Numbered from the stretch's first letter, positions 1-13,964 are shown. The stretch: 64,000 bases of DNA from Mantamonas sphyraenae STR306 (GCA_026936335.1 JAPMXV010000041.1:62001-126000); one strand, 5' to 3'. The notes: generated from the letters alone by a model not told the origin. Numbers and translations: made by a program.

Positions 1-2066
1 CGCCCCCTCCTCCCCCACCACCTCCGCCTCCGGTTGTGCTCCCACGTCCCCGTTTCTTGCCATCCACTCCCCCCTTGTCGCCATCGCCCATTCCTCCATC
101 GCCCATGTCCCCTCCGCCGTCGCCTCCTCGCTTCCCGCCGCCCTTGCTGCCGTCGCCCGACTTGCCGCCGTCGCCGTCGCCACCGCTGCCGTCACCTGCG
201 CCTCCGCCGCCGCCGCGTGTGTACGTTGGCACCCACGGGTGGGAGAGTTCGGTGTGTGACTTGAGCACCCACGGCAGGTGGGTGCCCACGTTGACGTTGC
301 CGCCGTTGGGGTGGATGGGAAACACGTGCGACGTGCCACGCGTGGAGCTGCCAATCACCCAGCGGCTGTCCACACTGAAGGACAGGTCACGCACCGTGGC
401 TGCCGAAATGCCTCGTTCCAGTGTGTACAGGTGGTGATGTGAGGCGTAGGGCTGGCCCGCACGCGGTGTGATCTTGTACACCTTGAACTCGTTGCCATCC
501 ACACTCGACGCAATCACCATCGATCCCGACGGGTCAAACGCAACTGCAGACAGCGCCTGCTGAAACGGCCGGAAAATCGACACTGCACGCAACTTGGTCG
601 ACGACGTGTTGCGAATCTCCACCGTGCCTGCATCCAGCGAGCGACGACCACCCATCCCACTGCCCAGCGCCTCGTCCAGGGCACTCTCCAACCCAGACAT
701 GCCCGAGGACGACGACGATGATGATGATGATGACGACGACGATGACGACGATGACGATGACGATCCACCTCCTGCACCACTGCCTCCTGCACCTCCTCCA
801 CCACCCCCGCTGCTGTTGCTACTGCTGCTTCCGTCGCCATCCTCGGCGTAGTAGTAGTTGTAGGCTGCGTTGAAGCCCCAATTGGAGGCTTGGTAGAGCA
901 TGGAGACGCCGTCGGAGAGCATGTTCATGACGCCGTCGTTCTGCACCTGCACACCCGTGGGAGGGGAGAACGTGGGTGGCGAAAACACAAGCCATTTGCT
1001 GCCCATGTCAAACACGGCATGTGGCGAGGGATACGTGTCCAGAATCTGCACCGAGCTGCTGCCTCGTTTGGGCGCCATGTTGAGCACCCACAGGGTGTTG
1101 TTGTCCAGCGCACACGTCAGGATGTCCGCCGTCGCTCGGATCTGCCTCGGTGTGCCCATTCGCTTCAGCAAGTAGTCGTGTTCGTAGTCGTATGTGATGA
1201 GTGAGTACAGTCGGATCGACGCAGGTTCACCGTCCGTCCCTGCAAAGCCCAACGCAAGGAAGGGCCCGTTCCGCGTCAGGCTGCGTTTCCGCTGCTTTTT
1301 CGGCTGTGGCACAAACTGCGCTCCCCATAAAGAGTGCAGTGTCGTGATGGTGTGCATCCCGTGGACGTTCGCACCACATAGAAAGGTGGTACGGTATGTG
1401 TGTGTGTGTGTGTGGTGAGATTGTCCATCAGGAGAAATGGCGGCGTCCCGTGTTGTGTGTGTCAGCCGTTGCCCACAAACTCGCACCTGCACTCTCCCAT
1501 CCCGTCAACTTCCGCTCCCTACACCTCCCCTGCCCCACCCTCCACACCCCACCCTCCACTCCTCCCCACTCCCCGTTCTCCATGTCCCAACCCCGACACC
1601 CCAACGTACGCAGAAGCAGGTGAGCGTGTCCAGGTCAGTGTCGACGGAAACCAGTTGGAAGATGTTGGCTTCGTCTCCCACGTCCCACACCTGGAACCCG
1701 TTGCGGTATGCAATCAACAGGAAGCTACGACTGCAACATTGGTGCCCGAAATCCACGTCCAATTGCCCATTGTGCACGTCACGCCCGTGTGTCAGCATCA
1801 CCGGCCAGCCCCAAAAGGGCAAAGGGGAAAATGGCCAACAACCCCGGAGAACCTACTGCACGCCGTGGAGCTCCACTTGCTGAAAGTCGGCCCAAATCAT
1901 CACGTCCTTCTCCGAGTCTTCGCTGGGTGGGTTACCCTTGAAGTAGCTGACGACGCTGGGAACGTATTCGTTTGCGAGTTCACCCACGCGACCCGGAATG
2001 AACTCTGTCAACGACGCAAACAGCCCGTTTTCACTGAGGAATGGCGTGTGGTGTGAGCAAACACCC
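1..2066 (-). CDS. BCAS3: BCAS3 / plant ATG18f-h-like WD40 (PROPPIN-related) protein, multi-exon; 3' end runs off the window and the 5' end is unresolved
   Basis: Minus-strand exons read ...EKDVMIWADFQQ..., FLLIAYRNGFQVWDV, MGSKWLVFS, and LSAVAFDPSGSMVIASSVDGNEFKVYKI...LYTLERGISAATVRDLSFSVDSRWVIGSSTRGTSHVFPIHPNGG. These are the conserved BCAS3/ATG18 blocks. Confidence 0.8.
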
Positions 2067-2452
2067 TGTCACACACACACACACTCTCTCTCTCTCTCTC
2101 TGAATCCACCTCCCATTGCCACAACACCTACTTTGCTGATTGTTCTTCAGCTTGCAACCGTCCCGACATCGCGTTCGCAAAAACTTTTGCGTGCGCTGCC
2201 GCAATGGTGGGATTGCACTCAACGAAACGAAACAACATACGTCCTGTGACAGGGGCGGTATGCACCCAGGATGCGAGTGTGAGTGTGTGGGTGTGTTGGT
2301 TCGTTGTCTGGATCCTGCAGCGTCGCCGTCTCGTCTACACTGCACTGACCAATGTTGCTTGGAAACACCCTTCCAATCTGATGTTTGAGTTGGATGCTTT
2401 GGTTTGGTTTGTTTTGTTTGATGATGTGACAATCTCTTTTGCCCGACTTTCT

Positions 2453-2922
2453 TCACGCACTCGCCCCTTCCTCCTCCGACGCCGCAGTCACCACAATCTC
2501 CACTTCGCCATCGACGACTCCGTCCTCGCTTTGGCTCCTGCTTCGACGGAACTTGCGCTTGAAGCGTGCAAAGCGGCCCAGTTTCTTCCCTCCTCCTGCG
2601 TGGTCCACGTCGTCTTCGTCGTCGTCGTCGCCACCCAGCCCTGCCTGTCCCTCGCCCTCTGGTGTGTCGTCCACATTCACTGTTGTCTTGCGCTTGTCCA
2701 GCTGTTTCTCCTCATGCAACGCCTCCTCGCCGGCAATCACCTCCACTCCCACAATGTCCTTCACCTCCAGCTCACGCTGCTCCTCCAGTGCACTTTGCCG
2801 CACCTTGAGCTGTCCAATGTGCCGCTTCATCTCGCTTGAGTTGGACATTTCCAACTTCACTGGTGCACCGCTGTACGACAATCGCCGTGCCTTTTTGCTG
2901 CTTCCGCTTGCACTGCCACTCC

Positions 2923-2953
<31 letters not shown>

Positions 2954-3145
2954 ACTCCCTGCCTCGTTCAGGCCGCCCTCCGTCCCATCTTCCGTTTCGC
3001 TCACCTCTTCCATCAGCGGCACTGCATCCTCCTCCTCCTCCGTCTCTGGCGCCGCTCCAACCTCGGCCTCCACGGGCACCGTCAGTTCTGCGTCTTCGTC
3101 CTCCTCCTCATCAAACTCTGCCTCTGGTTCCTCCTCCTCCTCCTC

Positions 3146-3176
<31 letters not shown>

Positions 3177-5031
3177 GTTTCTTCCCCTTCTTCTTGGCCA
3201 TCCTCTTCCTGCACGCCCTCCAACGAAAAGCCCACTTTGCTCTTCTTGGCATGCTTCTGTCCCGTCTTGCTCAACGGCTTTGCAGCCACGGGCGTTCCTC
3301 CTCCACTCTTGCTGCTGCTGCTGCTGCTGCTGCTGCCCCTTGTTTGTCGGCGACGGAGTGCGGTTCCGCAGCGCATCCTGAAGAAGGTTCTCCGACGACG
3401 CCTGTGGCCGCAGTGCAGGACGCAGGGCCAACGTAGACACTGTGTGCAATACACACGCCACCGCATCGTTCCATTGTGCCATTGTGCCGAGTTGGTGTGA
3501 GTGAATGAGTGAGTTCAACGCCTTGCCCGAGTTTGCGATCCAAGGATCCCTTCCCCTCTCTCTCACTATGCAAAAACACCGCCCGCCACACCGTCTTCGA
3601 TGTCCCCTGGACCACAGATGGCAACTGCAGGAGATCACATGCCAACGCGACACCCTGGGATGGGGTACGATGACATGAAGCAGCCCCAGGAATGGGGAAG
3701 GTGTGGCAAGGGGAAAAGGGGGGAAATCCGCACCGTTGAACTTTACCTTCTTTGCCTTTGCCGCTGCTGCTGGAGGGCGACGACAGCAAGGTGGGACTGG
3801 ACTCGGCTCGCTTGAGGACCCGTTTGGAAGCTTCGCGTGCCTGCGACACAAACCGGATGTCGCCACTGTAGCGTCGTTCACGGCGGTCGCCACGAGTGAC
3901 AATCTCGTCGGCATAGAATTTACGGATGGTGGTCATGTCGTAGACACAGGTGGGCAGTCTGTTGATGGCATTGTTGAGGATGTTGAGAGTGAGGAGGCAA
4001 TGGAGCTCACTGGTGGACTCTGGAAGCGAAACAAGCTGGTTGTTGGCCAGCAGGAGTCGGTCCAAGTTGGACATGCCGCCCAAGGCTTCGGGCAGCTCGC
4101 ACAGCCTGTTGTGCGACAGGTTCAACTCTGTACAAGAAACCAGGTTGCCGATGCTCTCTGGCAACCGCTCCAGCTGGTTGCGGTGTGCAATCAGCTCGCG
4201 TAGGCTGAGCAATTCGCCCACAGAGTCTGGCAGCGAGGTGAGCTGGTTGTCGTACATCGACAGGTAGCGCAAGTTGTGCAGCCTGCCGAACGACTCGGGC
4301 AGCGAGGCGAGTTTGTTGTTGGACAGATTGAGCTCGGTGAGGGAAACGAGGCCCTCGATGCTTTCCGGCAGCCGTTCCAGCTGGTTGTTCCACAGGATGA
4401 GCTCGCGAAGATTGTACAGGCCGCCCACGCCGTCGGGCAGCTCCCGCAGCCGATTCTCGTTCAGATCCACCTTGGTCAGCGACGAGCATGCGCCCATTTC
4501 GTTCGGCAGTGTTTCGATGCGGTTGAACGCTGCGTTGATGACCGAAAGTCGCTTGCCCATTTGGGAAAGCGAGGCTGGCAGGGTGGTGAGGGCGTTGTTG
4601 CTGACTTCCAACAGGGGCAATGACACAAGTTGGCCAATCTCAGGGGGCAATTCCACAAGCTTGTTGTGCGCCAGATCCAACAGTTCCAGTTGTGTCAGGG
4701 CACAAATGGCCACGGGCACGCTCTTGAGATGGTTGTGACGCAGGTCCAGCAGTTTCAGGGAGCACAGTTTGCTCATGTCGCTCGGAAGCGTCTTTACGCT
4801 GTTGTGCCGCAACGATAGCTCCACGAGGTTCGTCAGGTGGCCTATTTCGGCAGGCACACTCTGGATCAGGTTGTAGTTGAGTTCAAACACCTGCAGCTGT
4901 GTGCTCGACGCAAGCGTCTTTCGTGGCAGACGCACCACCCCCTGCCGATTGATCTTTACATCCGTGTACCCCGTGTCACGCGCCTCTCGCAGCACCGACT
5001 TTACAATTGGTGAGCTTGTTGATCCTCCCAT
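2453..5031 (-). CDS. Leucine-rich repeat protein (SHOC2/LRRC-like) with an N-myristoylation motif and a probable acidic C-terminal exon
   Basis: About 14 canonical LxxLxLxxNxLxxLP repeats in ORF 3271..5031; N-terminus MGGSTS (MGxxxS). Candidate intron ~3746..3402. The Glu-rich 2453..3466 frame is probably the C-terminus, but the join is uncertain. Confidence 0.75.
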
Positions 5032-5323
5032 TCTTGCGGTTCCGATTGGGTTGGCGACCCTTGGGCAAAGGGGTCAAAAGCGTTCATTGTACCTTGAGTC
5101 ATGCTGTGGGTTTGCTGGCACCTCCTGCACTGTTTGCGATCCCTCTGAAACCAAGACACGCCCCACTGGACCCACATCACAACACCACACAGGTACATTC
5201 CATCACAATCAACACCCCCACACGGCTCCGACACACGTGTCCGACAGTCACAACACACGCAGGAGGTGCCGGGACGCGCTTTCCGGCAACCGGCTCTGCT
5301 CTGTGTGCGCCTCTGGGCTGGTC

Positions 5324-5587
5324 TCAGTGGTAGTACAACTCCAGGCTCATGCCATCATGGACCTCGTAGTCGGCCAATGTGATGTGATCTTTGTACACGG
5401 TATGCCACTTCTGGATCTTGATTTTGTCTGCCTTTGTGCCCATCATGGCCGCGGCCAAGATCTTCAGGTCGCCGATAGTGTCGTCCTGGTTGCACTTGAC
5501 GCGCACCTTGCGTCCCAATCGATCGTTCAGAATCACTTCGATGATTTCCAGGCCATCCAGGTCCATCTCCTGGTCTGCAGTCGACAT
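5324..5587 (-). CDS. UBL5: Ubiquitin-like protein 5 / Hub1
   Basis: [27 protein letters not shown]...[23 protein letters not shown], with the diagnostic C-terminal YYx. Confidence 0.95.
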   Translation of the reverse strand: MSTADQEMDLDGLEIIEVILNDRLGRKVRVKCNQDDTIGDLKILAAAMMGTKADKIKIQKWHTVYKDHITLADYEVHDGMSLELYYH

Positions 5588-5835
5588 CGCGGCGCGTCCT
5601 GCGTTTTCTTCTGCCTCCTCCAGCGCATCCGCATCCCCGCGGCCCCTTCACTGCCTGTTGCACACACACGTTCCCCTCATCCATTCCCGGCCATATCTGC
5701 GTTGCAGGCACGCACTTGGGAAAACATGGATGCAATGGTGATGCGCACACGCAGCCATCTTTTTCCCCCACCTCCAACCGCCAACGCGTTTGGACCATCC
5801 AACCCCAACCAACCGCAACCACAACCACACTGGGA

Positions 5836-7675
5836 TGAGTGACAACAACGCCGGTCAGTACGACCTGGAATGGTTGAGAGCAGGCCTGCAAACGGGCTAC
5901 GAACGCACGGCGGAGGCAGGACTGGCTGCCGTGGACACTTTCCAATCGTTCAGCACCCCAGCCAAGGTGGGCATTGTCACTGCTGCCACCATGGCCACAG
6001 TGTATGCCACCTCGCGACGCGTGCGCCGGCTGATCCGCTTCTGGACGGGCGCCGGTCCGATTCTTGTCGCCTACCGCATGAAGGAAGCCCGTCTCAAGGG
6101 CAAGGTGGGCCCAGAGGTCGACCGCCAGTGGGAGGACATGCACACCTACTACGCTCCCAAGGCCTACAACATGATCGAGGAGTTGCGAGGCGTCTACGTC
6201 AAGATCGGCCAGGTTATTGGCTCGCGAAGCGACACCACTCCGAAAAGTAAGCTTGCTCCCTCCAGAATCATCCATTGCACCCACCACACATCCAAAAGTC
6301 ATCATCACTCGCACGTGCACCCATTGCGCACCTTGCACATTTCCCACGGTCTCCATGGCTCACACAGCTGCGCTGCTGCGTCGGGTCGTCGTGTTTTCGG
6401 CGGTTTTCCTTCGGTGGAAATCCGTGTGAACTGTCCGTGGTTTGCTTGTTTGCTGTGGCTCCCACCGCCACCACACTCGTCCTGAAATTCCATTTTTGTC
6501 GATCGACTGCAGTCTGGCGCGACGAGTTTGAGAAACTGACGGCAGCAGTGCCACAGGACGAACGGCGTGTGATTGAGCCGCTGCTGGAGCAGGAGTTCCG
6601 TTGCGAGCTGAAGGAGATGTTTGACGACTTTCAGTGGAAGGCGCTGGGTTCGGCGTCGATTGCACAGGTGCACAGTGCCACGCTGAAGGCCACAGGCACA
6701 CGAGTGGCAGTCAAGGTGCAACATCCAAACATGGAATCGATCTTCCAATCCGATCTGACGTCGTTCCGCTTTTTCACCAAGCTGGCACAGCCGTCCATGC
6801 TCCCGTTCCACGACGAACTGGCACGACAGGTCATGCTGGAGTTTGACTTTGTCAACGAAGCCACCCTGCAGATGGAAATCAAGCAGAGCATGGAGACGGC
6901 GTTCCCGGGCAAGGTGCGTGTGCCTGCCATCCCGGACAAGGGGTTGGTTTCCAAGCGCGCCTACGTCATGGAGTACGTCACGGGCATCCCGTTCAACGAC
7001 TGGATCAAGGATCAGTTCGAGAGCCTCAAGGCCGTCAAGGGCAAGGGCATGGAGGAGACCATCCAGCTCATGCAGCTGCAAATCTCCGTGCGTCGCCTCT
7101 TTGACATCATCCTCGATGCGTTTGGCAAACAAATCTTTGAGGATGGCCTGTTCCACGCAGACCCACACCCGGGCAACATCTTTGTGGCGGACAAGAGTGC
7201 ACAACAAATCATCCTGCTGGACTTTGGGCAGGTGAAGCGTCTGACGCAGGCCCAGCGTGTGGATTTGTGCAAGTTTTACTATGTGCTGGCCACCCACGAC
7301 CACACCAAACAAGAGGACCAGGAGCGTGTGGTGGACTTTATGCAACGGGCGGGCTTCAAGAGCAAACACGGCAACAAGGAGTTCCTCTACGGGTACAGCA
7401 GCATGATGTTTGACGCCCGCCACGAGTACTACTGGGATGACCAGGGCAAACGACACGATGTGGACATGCGCACTCGTCTGGAAGCCCTGGAGGAGGTTGA
7501 TGAGCTCACCGGGCTGCCTGAACACCTCGTCATGATGTTCCGCGTCGTCGCCATCCTCTTTGGCCTCAGCACAAACCTTCGCATCTTCATTCAAGACTTC
7601 CGCATGAGTCACAAGTGGGCTCCTTACGTCAACAAAACCCTTGCCGAAGCAGGGGTCGATGTCACCAAGCTGTAA
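5836..7675 (+). CDS. ABC1/UbiB (ADCK-family) atypical kinase, 2 exons (5836-6246, 6513-7675)
   Basis: LRGVYVKIGQ (KxGQ), LGSASIAQVH, VAVKVQHP, EFDFVNEA, FHADPHPGNI and LLDFG motifs; the GTAAG...CAG phase-1 intron restores the frame. Confidence 0.9.
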
Positions 7676-7726
7676 TTGATTTCAGAGCAACAAAACCGCC
7701 TCCTTTCCCCCCCCCGTTTTCCTCAT

Positions 7727-8857
7727 TCATCGATCTTTGCCCTCTCCCACGGACGATCTCCTTTCGCGCGCATGCCACGTTTGCGTGTGGATGCGGCGGT
7801 TGTAGAAGAGGGGTAGATGGAGGGTGTGTGCCGCGTCGACAATGTCAATGAGCAAGGTTGCGAGCAGGTAGAGAAGGGCGACGGCGACAACGGTCAAGGA
7901 AAACGCTGTGGCGTGCCACGAGGGGCGGTGATGAAACTGCGGTGGCATGTCTGGGTCAGCCAGCACATACTTGAGGGCATTGTTTGCTGCGGCAGCCACG
8001 AGGGGCAAAGCAGGGCGTAGGGAAGGCCTGCACGGGTGGGATGACAGGCGGGCAGCCATGACGTGGTGGCTCAGCACTGTGGTGGTGCACAGGAGCAGAG
8101 GCACAAACAGACGTGGTGGCGGGTCGAGGTAGAGTTGGTAGAGAAGGGCGAGGACCACGGTGGCCAACTGAGGCATCCATGGGGTCACCTGATGGAGAAA
8201 CAGATAGGCGTGTGGACGGAAAGGCAGGGTAAACATGGACAGGAGGTGGAGGAGGAGGTCTGTGCCAGCCAGGGCCAGGGTGTGTTCGACGAGATCCGCA
8301 GATGCCAGCGACGACGACCACGCACGCTTGGAGAGAATATAAAGGGGAGCCAAGGCGTACCAAAGACCAAACGGAGTGCGCAAACGCACGCCCGTGACGT
8401 GTTCATGCACCACGCGTGCATGGTGGACGAGAATAACCGTCACCAACACACTTGCACCCAGCATGCGGTGTTGAGCCCATACAATGGGCACAAAAGGCGC
8501 ACAAAGCACACATTGGATGAGAAGGGAGGCATGTGGGACGTGGCGGCCAACCAAGTAGAGATGGGGACAATCGCTGTGCGTACGCATCACTTGTGCGTCT
8601 GCCGTGGCCGACAGCACCAAGTACATCAGCCACAAGGTGGCACACAGTGCCGCTAGAGTGCGTGGCGTCACTGGGAGCAGCCAAGATGCAAGCAGCGACA
8701 GGATGGGACAGGTGAGGGCGGCGAGATGCAGCATCAGCGGCGAGGTCTCCTCGCTCACCAGCGCAGAGGCCAACCACGGCAGTGTGACCGGCAGAGGCGA
8801 CCAGTGACGGTGCTTGCTCGCTTGGTACCGTGCCAGAGCAAGGCCGTCCCTGTCCAT
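7727..8857 (-). CDS. Hypothetical multi-pass membrane protein
   Basis: Intronless ORF from MDRDGL with about 8-10 hydrophobic segments; family not recognised. Confidence 0.55.
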   Translation of the reverse strand: MDRDGLALARYQASKHRHWSPLPVTLPWLASALVSEETSPLMLHLAALTCPILSLLASWLLPVTPRTLAALCATLWLMYLVLSATADAQVMRTHSDCPHLYLVGRHVPHASLLIQCVLCAPFVPIVWAQHRMLGASVLVTVILVHHARVVHEHVTGVRLRTPFGLWYALAPLYILSKRAWSSSLASADLVEHTLALAGTDLLLHLLSMFTLPFRPHAYLFLHQVTPWMPQLATVVLALLYQLYLDPPPRLFVPLLLCTTTVLSHHVMAARLSSHPCRPSLRPALPLVAAAANNALKYVLADPDMPPQFHHRPSWHATAFSLTVVAVALLYLLATLLIDIVDAAHTLHLPLFYNRRIHTQTWHARERRSSVGEGKDR

Positions 8858-8959
8858 GGGGTTGTGTTGAGAATGAGGTGCTGGTGTGTGGGATGAGATG
8901 CGTGTGCCTGCGCCTGCGCTGGCGTTGCCATCGAAAACCAAAAACACTTCCAGACAAAC

Positions 8960-10266
8960 ATGGTACGGCGACACAGCGAGAGGGAAGGCACAGAGACATG
9001 GCAGCACACATGCCGCGCTGCATGTGCACACAGTGCACATGCTGGGATGGGTGCTGTGCCATGGAGAGTGTGTGTGAGCGAGTGGGGACCGTGTGCGTGT
9101 GCAGAGAGACTCACACGCGTGAAAATGCGCAGGCTCGTGGACCGAAGAAACACCTCAAGCGCTTGGCAGCCCCGTCCTCGTGGATGCTGGACAAGCTTAG
9201 CGGCCGCTATGTACGTTGACACACGCGTAGCACGTGCGCATGTGATGTGAACAGCCCTGTGTGGAGCGGGCGGGCGCAGAAAAGGGCAGCGCCCGGCCCA
9301 GGTTTTTTGGCAGCCCTCTGCATGCGCTTTGGCCAGGGTGCAGCCCGGCCCTGGCACACATATGCCGGGGTGGCCGTAGACACAGGACAACGGCAGCGCC
9401 ATACCTGTGGGATGGCATTGCACATGCGTTGTGTCTGTGTGTGCATGTGTGTGTGACGGGAGGGGCCGAAACGCGGGGCTGCGCATGCGGTTTTTTGGTG
9501 GAGCCGCCACTTTTGCGTTTGGCAGGGCCACAGGCAGGCAGAGGAGACTGACACGCAAGGGTACACACTTCCACAGGCTCCGCGTCCTTCGACTGGCCCG
9601 CACAAGCTGCGTGAGTGCCTGCCGCTGACCATTCTGATCCGCCAGCGCCTCAAGTACGCCATGAGCCGCAAGGAGCTGCAGTACATCCTGATGAACCGCT
9701 TCGTCAAGGTGGACCACAAGGTGCGTGTTGACCCGACCTACCCGCTGGGCTTCATGGATGTGGTTTCGATCGACCAGACCGACGAGCACTACCGCATGCT
9801 GTACGACACCAAGGGCCGCTTCGCCGTGCACCGCATCACCAACAAGGAGGCCGCCTACAAGCTGTGCAAGGTGCGCAAGCTGCAGGTGGGAGCTGGTGGC
9901 ATCCCCTACATTGTGACACACGACGGTCGCACCATCCGCTACCCGGACCCCCTCATCCGCGCCCAGGACAGCGTCATCTTCAACCTGAAGCGCAACAAGA
10001 TCACCGACGTCCTCAAGTTTGACGTCGGCTGCCTGGCCATGATCACGGGCGGCCACAACGTCGGCCGTGTCGGTGTCGTCACCAATGTCGATAAGCACCC
10101 GGGCAGCTTCACCATCATCCGCCTCAAGGATGCTGCCGGCCACACCTTTGCCACCCGCCTGTCCAACGTGTTTGTCATCGGCGAGGGCAAGGACCCCATG
10201 GTCACCATCCCCCGCGGCGGCGGTGTCAAGCTCAGCCAGGTTGAGGAGATGCGCCAGCGCGAGTAA
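8960..10266 (+). CDS. RPS4: 40S ribosomal protein S4 (eS4), exons 8960-8962, 9133-9210, 9577-10266
   Basis: M|[26 protein letters not shown]|[17 protein letters not shown]...; strong housekeeping codon bias. Confidence 0.97.
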
Positions 10267-10384
10267 TTTGCAACATGAAATGGAATTTCGCCTGGAAAAC
10301 TTTCACGGGGGCCAAGTTGTGGGTGATTTGTGGAAATCTTGCTTGGTTGTGTTCATGCCGCCATTCTCTGGCCTCACCATTGCC

Positions 10385-13186
10385 TCACACACCCACATCG
10401 TCCTCGTCATCACCATTCTCATCCTCCTCCTCATCATCATCGTCCTCCCACTGTTCCATGAGGTGTGCTGGCGGCGGTCCGTTCATAAACGCAAACGGGT
10501 TGCCCCCGCGATCCATGTGGCCCTTCAACGACACCAGCAGCTGCTTGTTCAGCTCATCCGTCTGTGTCAATTCCCGTTCCACAGGCACCTCCTCCTCCTT
10601 CTTGTCGTCGCCCAGCGCTTCGCCGTGGAAACCCGAACTCGAGCCGACCATGTCAAACGAGTCGCCCTCCAGCTTTGCCTTGCCCTTTGCCTCCATTTCC
10701 ATCTGTCTCTTTGCCTCCTGTTCCATCTGCTTGAGCTCAGCCACCGTCACGCCCTCCTCCTCGCTGCTCTCTGCGTCTCCGCTGCCGTCGTTGTTCTTGC
10801 TGCTGCTGCTGCTGCTGGATTTCTTGTTGTCCGCCTCCTCCTGTGCCTCCCGTCGCGCCTCTGCCACGCCGTGACGTGACATGTACCGTGCCCCTGCGCC
10901 CACAAACATGGACGAAAGGCCGCCTCCGCTTCCGCTTCCACTGTACCTCTTCTTCGGCCGCTGCTCCGGTGTGCTTCCCTTGCCTGCCTTTTCTGCCGAC
11001 GACCCCGGGGACACCACAGCTGCCATGTTGGCCTGTGCATCATCCACCTCGGACGACGATGCCGCAAGCGCATCCTCGTCCTCCTCGTCCACAACATCCC
11101 CATCCTCATCATCCTCATCCTCGTCCTGGAGGTTCCCCATGCTCGGATGGTCACTCGGCAGCAATCCTTCCTCTCCATCGCCTGCCAGTGCATCGTACTT
11201 GGTGCGTTTGCTTGCAAACTCCTCCACGCTCTTGACGTTGAACGAGTCCTGCTCGGCCAGCGTCAGGGCATCCGGCAGATCCTCCACACGAACAAACTCT
11301 GGCACATCACCGGCCCCGTTCCCATCCACCCCTCCCATCCCCGTCTCTTGCTTGTTCTTCTTGTTCTTGTTCTTGTTCTTCTTTGCCTTGCTGTTGCTGT
11401 TGCTGTTGCTGGTGGTGCTGTTGCTTGTGCTGCCAGCCCCGTGGATTTCCGGCCAATCGTCCTCCGTCTCTGACTGCTCGTCCCTTCCACGCATGAGCTC
11501 GTCCATGTCAAACGGGGCATTCGAGTCGTCGTCCGTGTCGTTGTCGCCGTCGCCATCGCCTCCCTCGTCGTCTGCATCTTCTTCCTGCTGTTGCGTCAAG
11601 CGCAGCAGACCATCCTCATCCACCTCGTCCTCTTCATCCTTCTCATCTTCATCCTCGTCCTCGGGCTCCTCCTCACCCCATGGCTCTGCAAATGTCATCC
11701 CTTCCAGATCGTGCATGTTTGCCGTGTCGCTGCCCACCTGCACGCGCATCGACGTCGTCCCGTCCAATTGGTCCCCACCCGCCGCCGCTGCTGCTGCATC
11801 CTGCTCCTCTGTCACATGGCCCCACTGTGCAAACAGCTTGTTTGTCGGCTGCCACACATACCGATCTGCGCGTCCTGCACTCCCTGTGCTGCGTGCAAAC
11901 GGGTGCTCCTCGTACATCCTTGCTTCCGCCTCGGCCTCGGCCTCCTCTTCCTCCTCTTCAAAGTCAAAGCGGAACCGTTTGGCGTCGAGCACCTTGCTTG
12001 CGCTGTGCGGTCCGCTGCGATCCCATGCGCTGCCGCTGCTGCTGCCGCTGCTGCTGCCGTGCTCCCGGTTGTACCTGGCACTGCGTGCACTCTTGGGTGA
12101 CTTTTGCGTGGCAATGGGAAACAGCCTGTTCCACCGCTGCTGATCCAACTGGTGGATTTGCGACGCCCTCTGTTCGCTCAACATGCGCAGCTGCGGTTGC
12201 ACCTGATCACTGCGCCCGCCGTAGGCCATCAGCGACTCCACGTCCTCCTCAAACGCACTCTCGATTTGCGCCACAATCTTGCTGTGGATCATCTCTTCGT
12301 AGAGGATGTCCGAAACGTCCTTGAGCAGCTCCTCACGCCGCTCCTCTGCCACCTCGCCCGCATACTTGACCACTGCCTCGCGCATCGTGTATGCCAGCTG
12401 CACGTCTGTCGACAGGTTCGGATACGTGCTAAACACAAGCGTCATGATGAACGACGACAGCGGACGCAGCTGCTTCAGCGTCAACACAGCCACCTCTCCA
12501 CGTGCACGCTCCTCCTCGGTCACCTCCGGCACCAGCGAGTCCAGCTTTGCCGCAACCGCAGCCACAATCGCTTCGTTGCGCACAATGTCGTCCCGATACT
12601 GATTCGCAAGCATTTGCAGCTGTGCACTGTCCACCTCCAATTCGCCTGTCTCCTCTCCGTACTCATCGCCATCGTTGTCGTCGTCGTCGTCGTCGAATCC
12701 CTGCGAGTAACCTCCGTCCGTCTCGTCCTCCTCCTCGTCCTCATCTCCCTCGCCATCGTGGCCAAAGCGCACGGCCACAGCGTTGGGTGAGGGCATGCCC
12801 AGCTGTTGTTCCTCCGAGTAAAACACACGCACGTTTGCCGGTGTGCGTTCGTCCAGCGAGGAATCCATGCTCTCGTTGCTCACCGAGTCGGCCGCTTCGC
12901 TATAATCGTAGCTCAGACCACGCGAGCTGCCGTCGTCGTCATCATCATCATCATCATCATCATTGTCCTCATCTCCTCCATCGTCGTCCCCCTCCTGTTG
13001 CTCGTCGTACTCGCTGGTGCTGCTCTCCTCTGCCGTTTCGCTCCCACTTTCGATCACCCCGTACGGGTTGGGGCTCTCCATGGCCACCAGATTGTTCACA
13101 AACGGATTGTCCTCCTCTTCATCGTCATTGTAGTCGCCGTCGTCGTCGCCACCCGCGTCGCCACGTGGTCCTCCGTACCCACCACG

Positions 13187-13220
<34 letters not shown>

Positions 13221-13933
13221 CCACCTGGCACTTGCACACGCAGCAGTTCCTGTTGGCGTTCAGCCACCGCCCCACGTGCCGTGTTTTCCAACAGTCGCAG
13301 CACACGCTCGCGCAGGTCGGTGCTCGGCAGTGTCTGCACCTGCTCCAGGATCAGCAGCAGAAAGTCGGGGTCCCGCCTGTGTGCACTCACCAGATCCACC
13401 ATCTGTTGGTACAGCTCCTCCTTTGCCTCACGCAGCTCCTCCTCCTCATCCGCCTCCTCATCCTCATCCACATAGTCATCATCGTCAACATTATCATCAT
13501 CGTCGTCGTCGGCGTCGTTGTTGTACCCTCCGTAACCAGGCACGCCAAACTCGTGGCCGTAGTCGACATAATCTGCGCCCTCGTCATCTTCCTCCTCCTC
13601 CTCATCGTCACCGTTGCCCCAACGCGACGGCGTGGTGCTGATTTCACGGCGATCCGGGATGTACACCCCGTCGGCGTCGTCGTCGTCGTCGCCATAGGCA
13701 CTTGCTCCCACGGGCATGCGCATGCCAGCGTCGTCGTCGTCGTCCACATCGTTAAAGTACTCGAAAAACTCGGCAAAGAATGCCTGACGCTGGCTTGCCG
13801 GCAGGTTGTCCGCATACATCTGCGCCAGGTGGATGTCCTCCAGCGCAATGCGGCTCTCCTCCAGCTCACGCGTCAACTGGTTGCTGTAGAACGACATCGA
13901 CGACTGCGAGTTGGGCGACGATCCATTGTGGCC

Positions 13934-13964
<31 letters not shown>

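Noticed and set aside
36-437. Proline-rich extensin-like ORF
   Set aside because: Reverse complement of a Gly-rich linker in the BCAS3-like gene.
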